Part shown: piece after piece, positions 1 through 10,900 of the stretch | Layout: each line of letters begins with the position of its first letter | Numbering within the stretch: the stretch's first letter is position 1 | NCBI GenBank assembly: GCA_000002435.2 | Contig: CM018793.1 | Direction: 5' to 3' (one strand) | DNA length: 64,000 nt | Source of the DNA: Giardia intestinalis | Lineage: Eukaryota | The notes under the pieces: generated by a model | Seen by the model: only the letters and a program-made list of their open reading frames with translations | Databases searched by the model: none | Told to the model about the DNA's origin: nothing | Position numbers and translations under genes: made by a program

Positions 1-1110
1 ACGGGCATATCCTTGAGTAGAGACGAGCAGCTGCAGTACTATACTCCCTGCACTGTTCAGGAAGCAAGGAAGGGACTGCAGTCAGAGTTTGTGTCCGGGA
101 ATCTCTTGCAATTTGTCAAGCGGCTTCTGGACGCATCAGTATCTTCTACTGCTGCGCTACTGAGTGTTGCAGACAACGAGCACTTGCTGGCAAATATTGA
201 TTTTGCCAAGGATGTCATTGCAGCACGAAGTGTACATAACAAAGATCAAACCGCTTCACTGCGTTCATCGGTTACCAAAAATAAACATACACCATCGCCA
301 GACGATCCAGTCATCACTATTCCAGGAGGAATTGCGTACATCAATGAGCTAATACAGGCAGCAATAGAACCCATTCTAATAGAGCAAACATATCTTAAAG
401 ATGAGATTCAGAAGCAGAAGGACTTGATTGCGGAGCTGAGAGAGTGTCTGACGCAACGTACTCTAGAGATGACGGCGTCTAAGAAGGATATTTCTATGCT
501 CCAGAGAGCTGTGCTCAAGCTCACATCGGGAGAACATAGGGAAAAGAGTGGAAGTTTACGAGCAACCAGTAATAGTACACGTTTCGGAACAGCTCCTAGA
601 TCTCAGACTATCTCGTCTCGGTCGGGGACTGCAAGGATTTCGAGCGCACGGTCTCCGGTAAAGACATCAAAGTCTCCGCGGGCAACTCGGTCATCGGACG
701 CAAACTCTTCTATGTCTGTACTAACCTTATCAGGTGCTAACGACACAAATGAGAAGCGGGCGTCGTTAGAGCTGAAGAAGTTGAAAACTCAAGTTGCGAC
801 ACTAACGCGTCAACTATCTGATCGTGACGACGACATCCTTGAGCTCCGGCGTCGTCTGGAAAATTCCTATCAGCCACCTACAAAAGAATCAAAGGATTCT
901 CCAGAGGAGACCGAAAGCCTTCGGGCATCTGCGCTCTCTGCCACGGTGCCTTGTGATGGCAGTGATGACGATGCACATTATGTTAAGTTCGTTTGCTTGC
1001 CCTGCAATCACCTTATTATACATAGGGTAAGGGAAAATAAGATCCATCTACACAGTTGCCCAAAGTGCTCGGGCGGTATAAGCAACCTGGTAGTAATCAC
1101 AGATGATTGA
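1..1110 (+). CDS. 5'-partial coiled-coil / Ser-rich hypothetical protein. The track ORF begins at a TTG at position 13, and the frame stays open to the window edge. The C-terminus carries a Cys/His cluster, CLPCNH...H...HSCPKC, that looks like a zinc ribbon.
   Basis: The frame-1 ORF has no in-frame stop between positions 1 and 12. The first ATG is about 150 codons in, although the upstream translation looks protein-like. The protein has heptad-like segments (IQKQKDLIAELRECL) and a Ser/Arg-rich low-complexity stretch. Confidence 0.45.
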   Translation, partial: TGISLSRDEQLQYYTPCTVQEARKGLQSEFVSGNLLQFVKRLLDASVSSTAALLSVADNEHLLANIDFAKDVIAARSVHNKDQTASLRSSVTKNKHTPSPDDPVITIPGGIAYINELIQAAIEPILIEQTYLKDEIQKQKDLIAELRECLTQRTLEMTASKKDISMLQRAVLKLTSGEHREKSGSLRATSNSTRFGTAPRSQTISSRSGTARISSARSPVKTSKSPRATRSSDANSSMSVLTLSGANDTNEKRASLELKKLKTQVATLTRQLSDRDDDILELRRRLENSYQPPTKESKDSPEETESLRASALSATVPCDGSDDDAHYVKFVCLPCNHLIIHRVRENKIHLHSCPKCSGGISNLVVITDD

Positions 1111-1153
1111 TTTGTAGGATAGATAACCAATAACTAACCTCATAGTATATAAA

Positions 1154-1942
1154 TTACGCTCCATTTTGTGTGTGATTGTGGTTCAGTGCCTTGTGAATAT
1201 CTTTCAGTGCGTGCTGTACCTCTTGTTTGTAAAAAGCAAAGTCTTTGCACAGGGACGCTATGGCTGCCTCTAACTTATCTACCCGATGATCCAGCTTTTG
1301 TATGGCATGCTCTAGTGGTTCACGACCAGCTAGAGCCGCGTCTGTCTGCGCTAGGCGCCTTTGCAGCTCCTCCTGTGTACCGTGGATGTGCACAGACCAC
1401 AAGCAAAGATCGTTAATTTTAGTGATTAAAGAGGTGAGAGATTTGTCGTGAGCAAGGAGAATGTCGTCCCGCAAGGCCTCGTTCCTAGAGAGGCCATCTG
1501 CTTTTCTGTAGGATTCTGCCACGCGCTCTTCTATTTTCTCAAGGTACTCCTTCCTTGTGGCAAAAGATTGTACATTATCTTTTAGCCGTGTTTCAATATC
1601 TATCAGTTGAAGCTTCAGCTCCTGAGTACGATCATGAAGCGTTGTTTCAACACCTGCAATCCTTTTTGTTATTGCAGCGGAGACAGGAGGAGATTCTTTG
1701 AAAGTATTGAGCGTGTGCTCAAACTCTGCTAGCCTCTGCACTAAAGTATCTAGGACGCTAGTACTAGGCGATGCTATGCTGAGAGTTCTTTGCGACCGGT
1801 CAGAGCCTCCCAGATATCGCATGGAAGAGATAGCCGAGGCAGATACGCTCTGATCCCTTAACTGTGTGCTTCTGATGCTTTTAAGTAGCTTATCATTACG
1901 GGAAGATAGAATAATGTCTTCAACATTTCGCTTTCTGGACAT
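1154..1942 (-). CDS. Coiled-coil hypothetical protein, 262 aa.
   Basis: ATG start confirmed: cat at 1940-1942 on the plus strand. Long heptad-rich segments (LKLQLIDIETRLKDNVQ, LEKIEERVAESYRK). It is convergent with the upstream partial gene across a 43-bp gap. Confidence 0.55.
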   Translation of the reverse strand: MSRKRNVEDIILSSRNDKLLKSIRSTQLRDQSVSASAISSMRYLGGSDRSQRTLSIASPSTSVLDTLVQRLAEFEHTLNTFKESPPVSAAITKRIAGVETTLHDRTQELKLQLIDIETRLKDNVQSFATRKEYLEKIEERVAESYRKADGLSRNEALRDDILLAHDKSLTSLITKINDLCLWSVHIHGTQEELQRRLAQTDAALAGREPLEHAIQKLDHRVDKLEAAIASLCKDFAFYKQEVQHALKDIHKALNHNHTQNGA

Positions 1943-1996
1943 CCTTCGCGCAGTACTTCTGCTCCAACGAGGATTTTTTTTCTAAGACTCCCTGTT

Positions 1997-4900
1997 CTAA
2001 TTAAGCCCCATGAGTTTCTTGATTGATTCAACGCATTCAGTGGTGATCGAGTCCATGATATCATTGAAGACAGCAAATGTTATGTGGTTTGCTATTGAGC
2101 TCTCTGTGTATGTGATCTGGCGTAGGTAGGGACCAAGAGTGCGACTGCGCACTAATGCATCTTCTGATATCTCTTTCCTCCGCTTTGCTTCTCTTTTTAT
2201 CTTTGCTATGAGATTGGTACTCATAACTGGTAAACAGATTTCTCTTTTCGGCTTTAGAGGAACAGGAGCGGAAAGGCTCTGTGGCTTTGGTGTAGCATTT
2301 TTCAAAGGTGCTATGTTCTGCACGGGCTCGTGCCACATAGGATGGTTTGGGGCATCTTCTAAACTTTCTCTAGAGGCAGGCTTATAGTCATTAAGCTTGT
2401 TCATACCAGACTCTGAGATGGGCCTAGTAAACTGGAATGGCTCGTCAATATTGCTTGGTGCTGAGACACTCGAGGTACGGCTGGCAGGGTTAGTGGAGCC
2501 AGTTGGGCTGTTGAGTATGTGTGCGTACTTATCTATTACGTCCTTGCTTGCAGATAGCTCTCTGTATAACCTTTGCAGTTCTTCTAGGCGGTCCAGTGGT
2601 GCAGATGGTGCAGACTGATAGTCCAGCTCCGCTTTTGCACCCGCTGTAAGTGGACTCCTAGGTTCTTCCGAAGCAGGTACAACAGATGGTAGGGATGGGG
2701 TGTCATCCTTCGTGGCGGAGGTTATATCAGGGGTTGCTTGGCCACTGACTAAAAGGTCACTCTTAATATCTGAAGTTAATTGGTCAACAAGCTTATCGTT
2801 TAGCGTTTGAAACGCTATCTTTAAGTCTAAGACCGTCTCCGATGACAACTTGATTGAGGTGGTTAGGAATTCCAGCTGCTTAACGTACTCCTGCCACAAT
2901 AGAGGATCAATAGCATGCTTCTGGGAGTCGTTACAGGCCTGGGCAAAGAGCATATTGTTCCTGGATATGTCAACAAGGCTCTGTAACGCCTGTAAGATAG
3001 CGGAAAGATGTTCTGGACATGTATCAGGCGTTTGTTGTAAACCATGTGTACGCTTAGGAGGACAGTCACCATTGGGTACACTTGCTGCCAAGTCAGGACA
3101 AACTGCACTGTTACTATGACTGGTGATTGGTCTCATCCTAGAAGAGTGGCTATACTTAGGATCACGTTGCAGACTGTTTAACTCACTAGAAGGTGATGCA
3201 TCAATAATAGGTTCTTCTTGGATAACGTGCGTGGAGCCAGAAGAGGGTTCTTCAGAGGTATTAGGTGGAAGACGCCGTATGCTGTATGCGACCTCTTTGG
3301 CCAATGTATTTTTCTCAGCTGTGGTTTTCTTTAATAGGTAGGGTCCACGTGTCTCTATAGCACGGTCGATAACGGCAGCCTTATATGATTGGGGAAAAGG
3401 AGGGGGCAAAGCTGCGTCACTGTTTGGCACAGCAACTGGTTCTATTGATGTAGTCTTGGCCGTTTTTGTGTTTATTTGACGTTCTGATTGTATAATAGAA
3501 ATCGATTGCTTCACATCTTTAGGCTCTGATATAGATTGATTTCTTTCTGCATCAACTGAGGGCTGGGGCAGGCCGTGTTCTAGAATGGTGGGAAGCTCTA
3601 TGCCTGATTCTGAAGAAGCCACTATAAAGACAGGAGGCTTATCCTGTGATGAAACCGTCCGCGCCATTGTGTCTTTAGAAACGGCTATAGCGGTATTGAT
3701 CTGGCCAAGAAGCTCAGAAACCGAAGACGATACCGATGCTGATAGAGGTACTGAACCAGTACCCACACTGGTTGAGGGTTGGGATAAGACTGGTCTGGAA
3801 TTTTGTCCGATACTTGTAAAGGCTTTGGCTATATGTTGCTTGCCGTGCCGTGTAGCAACAGATAGCGGAACGACCTCTTCATCTTCGACAATCTCTTGAT
3901 GTATAGGCTTTATCTTTACATAGCTACGCACAAAGTCTGTCTTTTTGCATTCTTGTGCAATAACCGATTCATTTAAAGGGTCTGTGGTCTGCTTAATATA
4001 AAAGTTGGATTGTGGATATAGTTGTTGGGGTTCTGATTCTATTGGACTTGAGAGAAGATTGGTTCTAATAACTGACCCAGCATCTCCAGGCTCCTGTTCG
4101 GTCAAAGGTTCTCTTAATAGAAGAGTTTGTTGCGGATATAGTAGAAGATTAGTACTAGCTCTTTCAGCCATTGCCTCTGGGGTCTGAAAGGTCATCTCAT
4201 TAGCTAATAGTGTAGATGGTATAGTTGATGGAGTGTCGAAATTAGTATACTTCAGAATTGTAGAAGCCTTACCTGTGTGCGTGTTTTCCAATGTTTCATC
4301 TAAAGTGGCTATCGATACAGTGTAGTCTGGTTTGCTGAAATCAAAGCGTAGTGGGAGAGAAGGTCCTTCTACTGACAAAAAGCTTGTATAGGAGTTGTTG
4401 GCCGAAGCCTCAGTGAGAGATGCCCCGCTCTTCTGGGTGTTGGTTGGTAGCTTAAAAGCAGGGCCTATCCACGTGTGAAGCTTCGCTAACGGAGCATCTG
4501 ACGACGCTTCATGTAAGTCTTCAAATGGCTGTTTCGTATGTGGCTTGATGGAGTCACTAGAGATTACATTATCTTGCTGGATAGCGTGTACATATGATTG
4601 CACGCCATCGTCATCTACTGGATCAGAATAAGGTGTCCCAGATGGCTCTCGATTCGTTAGTGGTATTAGCTCTGAACGTGTCCTAAGATTTAACATAATA
4701 CTTTCTTTTTCTATAGTGCAATCCTCGATCCCAATACAATCTTTGTACATTGATGTAGTGTAGTCATGATTGTTAGAGCGCTGATCATTGATAGAAGTAG
4801 CACGAGTGACTGACTGCTCTATTGAAGTATTTTGGCATTCTAAGGTATACAAAGGCATGGCACGCCCTTCCTGAGGAGATGATCCCTTAGATTCTTTAGG

Positions 4901-7900
4901 AAGATTCATAGTAGGTTGACTCATGATTCTAGTATAGTTGCTCAGCATATGCTGCTCGATAGGTGGAGTAGCATCTTTATGGTACGCTCTTTTCGGGACA
5001 GTAATTTCAAGACAAGTCTCATCCACATCGTTCAATGCCTTTAACATGTAGGATTTCTGGGTATTCAAGGTGCTTACCGGTGCAATAGAATCACAGAGTT
5101 TCGGGTCTCTGTTGCCCAATCTTGTGATTCTTATGTTAGGATAGTCTGAATTATGAGTATAGCTGCGGCTCACTGATGAACTTCGTATGCTTATCCCATC
5201 TAGACTCCTTGGACAATCAATACGTGGGTTGATTACTTCCTTTGTACATACGTGTCGTGATAGTTCTACATACGCTGATTTAGATCTTGTTAGATTACAG
5301 GTGTTGAAGTTGTCATGCACAACCTCCAGCTTTGACAATGCATGAATAGGACCATAGCTATTATCGCTTGGCTCATGAATATTAGTCTTTGATGGCTGTG
5401 CTTTAACAATTACATCATGCATAGCAATCACATCTGAGTGTAAATTATCTACTACACCATGAGAGAAGTTTGATCTTGCTTTCCTAATAAATGGAAGATC
5501 TATCTCGAAGCACTGTTGGTCATCATCATGCCTGATAAGTTCTGCGTCAATCGCTCTTGTTAAGTAGGTTATGCTTTTCTCACCAGCAGTAACTAAATCC
5601 CTCTGCCCAGACGTTACTCTTATGATATGTGCTCTTGTTTTGTTAATGCTGTAAATGGGTATTGCAGTGATAGCTTCATCTGTGCATGTTCTATGGATTT
5701 CTTTAGAGACATATTCCTTTGCTGCAGTACATGTAGCTATGGGTTGTCGAAAGAGCAAATAAGGATCAGCGGGTACTGATACCATATTCAAGCAAGCAGA
5801 GTCCAAACTTTGCTGTACATACTTAAGTGTCAACTCTGCCTCAACGCTGGCCTCAAAGATATCATCAGATTGATTGATGTTGTTCTGAATTGCAAACTCA
5901 CGATTGGCATACTGTTTAGGGGCCTGAAAGACGACAGAATCATCAGGAAATTGCCAGTGTGGATGACCATAAAGGTGCCTAGTAGCTTCAGTTTTTGCTG
6001 GATTCATAGTGTATAGTGGTATCGTAGAGATGGCAAACGGCATAGTGAGGGTGGGCTCACTCGCAGACTCCTTACGATGTGATTGGTCTACAACTTGTGG
6101 TATTTGCATCTCTGTAGTAGTCACACATATCTCTTCCCTTGGTGAGTTGGCGCAACTACTACTTAGAGTATCTTGTTGCAGTGTCAGTTCCCTAGGTAGC
6201 CTAAAAGGATGTGCGAGCTGTGTCTCAATCTCTATCGGTGGCCGTAATGTCTCAACTAGTGAAATGTCCACTTCATTTGAGTCAGCTACAATTGGACGAA
6301 CAGTCGATTTAGCTAAATTGTGCATCACTGAAGTAGTAGTGAGCATATCCACATCAATACTCTCACCATTAGAGGCGCTGAGCTCACATTGTATACAGGA
6401 GGATGTGAGGTTGTCCAGCTGCACATCTGGGACTGGTGAACTATTAGGTAGGTGGCGGATATCTCCTAAGAAAGAATCTTTTGATACAGAAGTCTGAGGT
6501 GCCAAGTGATCAATCCCCCCTTCAATAGAGGGCTGTTCACAATTACGAAGATTGACTGTATCTTCCTCCTCCTGTGTTAAGTCCGGTGCTACCAAAGATG
6601 TTGCAGAATTAGCAAGATCTACTTTCTGTTGCCAGCTTTGCAAAATGCTTACTCCTCTTGACTCATCCGGAACAAACCCGTAAAGAAGAAGTTGTGCGTT
6701 TTTGTAGTATTGAAGCGAGCTTCTTCTATTATGAGTTAGGCTACCAAGATTGTTTCGTTCTGGTTGTGTTGTAACAGGGATAGCCTGCATGTGTTTAATT
6801 CTAAGATCTGTAAGAAAGAAAGTTGGAGCCGGCCATGCCTCAATAATGCTGTCACTGTTATCTATCAATGTGTCAGAAAAGGCGTCGTTTGAAAAGTTCC
6901 ATATGGCGTTAACCTGTGTTTCTAAAAGTAACGGTCGTGTACAAGGCTGACATTCTCTTAACGCACAGGAGAGACGGTCCAGTTCCAACGTGCGGGTATC
7001 AGCAATCAGAGTATGAGACGGTGTCCTAGTTAACATCTGGGATCTAAGCATGTATTCCGGCGCAGCAAACTCTACATCGGTGTCGCTACTGCTGGTAAGA
7101 GATGTTTCCTCGTTCTCTAAAACGGACGGTTGTAACTGGATGCTTATACTAGGAAGAGTAAGGTCAAGCTTCATAACCGAGCCACTTCTGTTTGGTATTG
7201 GTTCAGCTGGAAAAGAAGAACAGCCAAGGACAATGTCGTGCTGAGCAGTATGCACCGGGGGAGCATCGTGTGCAATCATATCAATTGTTGCACTATAATC
7301 TTTAGCTACATCAGGAATGTTGATAGCGTTACATAACTGGTAATTCGTTGTACAATACAAGTAGGGGCAGTCTGATGATGGAGGTTTCAATGGGGCTCTT
7401 GATAGGCTGCTGACTTCTACAGATTGCTGGCAACACGTCTGGAATGGTGCATTTAGTTTGTAGTCATATGAAACATTCAGTTCTCTAACAGTGTTGAGTA
7501 CACCCTTTAGGTTCCTCAATTGCTGACTACTGGGCAACTCTAGATCAGACAAAATGGCTAACATATTATTTGGACAATCAGATCCATCAATGGATACCCG
7601 ACTCTGTGCTAGTATATATTCGGCTAGGGCAACGGCCTCCACCACGTTATCTGGGTCCTGGGTCGGTGCCTGTAAATACATACGTTTACTAGGCCTTGGA
7701 CCGGACATAGATCCTGGGCGGCCGGAAGATTGAGGCTGTCCAGGCCGAGAGCCGCGGCTATTTTGGGAAGCAGCTCCCGGCGTTCTGGGTGTCACCTGAG
7801 CCTTATTGGATCGCGGAATGCCTGATGCACTCTGCACTCCCACTTTAGGATCAATCGTACCATACTTCTGCAGTTGTTGCATAAGGGTTCCACTCGCTCC

Positions 7901-10900
7901 ACTACTAGTACTACTAGCGCTTGTAGTTCTATCTGGCATAACCATGTCGGACATAGTATTCATGCGCTGAACAGTAGCCTGCGAGATTTGCCCTCCTTCG
8001 GAAAGAGAGCCAGGAAGTGGTGGCTCAGGAATTGGGGGATGAGATCTAGATGTAGGCCGAACACGCGGGTGTGCCGCAGGAGAGATAACTTGGGGCATAT
8101 ACGTTGTAGGAGAAGCGGCTTGCGCCCAGTTGGTAGACAAGGAGCCAGTGGTCAATACACTGGGAGAAAGCCCATTTTGCCTCTCCGCCGCTCTGATGGC
8201 TTCCTTAGCTCGCGTAATTCTATCATCCAATTGGTTTTCTGTCAGAGAAGTTGATTGTGTGTTACTAGATCTCATAAGGAGAGACTGCCGCATTGACTGT
8301 ATTGAATGATTGAACGACTCAAAGTCCGGTTGTGGAAGACCGTAGTACGGTTCTGCTGCGGGGAGAATGGTCATATCTTCATATTGCGGCTCACTATCGG
8401 ATGAGTCATCCTTCTGGGCGTATCCGTCTCGCCCCGTTGCTGTAGCTCGTGACAGATCTGCTGGAGTGGCTTCTTCTTTACGTGCTACGACAAATTTCCG
8501 TCCAGAGCGTGCTATATCGCCCAAGGTCATATCTGAGCGAATATGAAGTGCATTGCTTAATGGGGCGCCTTTAACGTAGCTCTTTGCAACATCACCTTGC
8601 AGAAGGCTTGGGTCAGTCATTCCAACTGCACGTGCCATCTCCACGTACTTGCTGTTGACAAATTGGGTCACTTCTTGCGCAGGCGTATCGTCGCTGACAC
8701 TATTCTTCATATCCTTAGCCTTCATAAGGCCTTGTGAAATACTTTTTGTCAACTGCCGTTTATATTGATAATAAGGTGTTACATTAGAATACAAATAAGA
8801 GCTATCGACATTAGTAGTTGAAGCAGTGGCAGGTGCAGCATCCTTTTGCTTCAGAGGATCCACATCCTCTAACTCTAATTCGTTGCCCTTAGGCCTACCA
8901 TAGACATGCACATCTGGGATGTGAGCCTTTGGCTGTTTTGAGCGCACCTCCGCCAGACGGCGCAGCTTCTCCTGTTCTGCAGGAGTAAGTTTAGGATACA
9001 CTAACTTCGAAATAGTCACCTCGGGATCCGACGAACTGTGATCCTCGTCAGACTCATACTGCATCATCTGTTCACGCGACTTCGTTTCGTATTGAGCCAG
9101 TTGCGTGACAATAGTATGATTTGGTCCTTGGTGCTGTCGCTTATGCTTCTTTTCTCCAATGGACTTGTCAGAAACCAAGCGTGAGCGACCCGCATCGGCA
9201 GCTGAAATAAACAATTTTGTTTCTTGAATATCATCTTCGACACTTATGTCTTCGCCATAATAACCGCTACTGCCTGGCATACTGGTGTTAGCATGTTTCG
9301 AAGCATTGCTCACATCTTTCCCGATATCCTTCTGTGGCTTTGACCTCAGTAACGGCTCACGTTGTATAGACAAAACATTTGTATGTCCATATGCATCATC
9401 ATAGTGTTCATATGACGCCCCATCATCTACCCCTCCGGGCATTGAGCCACGAGGTTTGCGCCCGGCAAACGGCCGATCCCCTGCATCTGCCGAATGTTTC
9501 CCGAACGCAGAGGCATGCTGCCTTGGATTATAGAGCACAGTACTTTCAGGGATTGTCATAATATCTGCTAACATCGGTTCAGAATCCTCAGGCAAAGTAA
9601 GCGCTTGCTTCGATTGTTTCGGTAGTCTAACAAAATTGCTTGCAGCTGCATGCACACTGTTAACAATGTCATCATCAAAGGAGCCGGGGCTAGAATTACT
9701 CTGCTGCCTCGTGCTGCGTGTTCTACTAGCTTGTCGCTCATTACGTGGTGATCTCAACACACCTCTTCCAGCATTGGAACGCAAACCAGTTCCGTGATTT
9801 GCCTCCGACGTCACTCCATTATCATAGGATTCATTGGTATAGTCCTGACCGAGTGGTGCCGCCATATTTTTATTATAGATTGCTGCTGGTGTACCCTTAG
9901 GAGCTGCCCGTGGCTGCTTTGTGTATAGTAAAGTAGCGTTAGAGGAAAGAATATTTAAGTCAGAATGATCGGAGTCATCAAGCCTATTCTGCGCCTGAAA
10001 AGAAGACTTTGCATACGCAGAATTATAAGAGTTATCTTTATTGCTACCAGTTAATCCACCTCCAGCGCTTTGAGGCCTCCTATGAACAGTCAAAGTAGCA
10101 TCATATTCATCAGGATCAACTTCGCTGTCGCAAGGTGCGTTAGACTCGGGAGGAGGCAAAACAATATCGTCTATTTCTGGCTTGACGCGTTGAATTACTG
10201 TGCGCGGTTCACTAGGGGTCTTTGCACGCTTGCTTGAAGTGGATCTCTGGTTCATGGCCGGTGCGAGTTGTGGAAGCCGCGGTGGCAAGACTACATTTGC
10301 TTCTATGACATCTGTGATGTCTGACGTTGAAAAGTCAGACTCGACGCTAGTTTCTATATCATGGGGTATGCTTGCGGTGTTATCTACCTCCAAGTTTGCT
10401 CGTTGTATTGAGACTACTCGTGGCTGTTCAGTTGCAGAGCGTCTAGAATCATCTCCAGCTGCAAAGCTCGAGCTGGCAGGCGTCCTGGTTGAAGCTGAAG
10501 ACATATAACCCTTTCCTAGCTGGCTTTGATTGGGCGTCCCTGCCTGTAAACGGGTTACACGAGGGGGCGCACCTTTTGATGCTTGGAGTGGCAGAGCATC
10601 TGCTTGGGCTGTCTTTGCAGCAGCAGTTGTAGTCGGAGTCGGCATAGCTTGTCTTGCAATCGGCGCCGGCGGCTGAAATCTCTTGCCAGGAACGGCTCCA
10701 TCTACAGCATCCCCCACGGACATAGAGGAAGATATGCCTTCAGAAAAGAGCTCATTTTGCAAATCGGGTAGTCGTTGTAAGAACAATGCTCGTTCTCCTG
10801 GTGCCATTTGCGCAAGCTGTTCATCTGTAATTCGTAGATCTGAGGACTCGGCACTGGCTTCGTGGAACTCAGAGCCCTTTGATGAAGAGAGAAGATCCCT

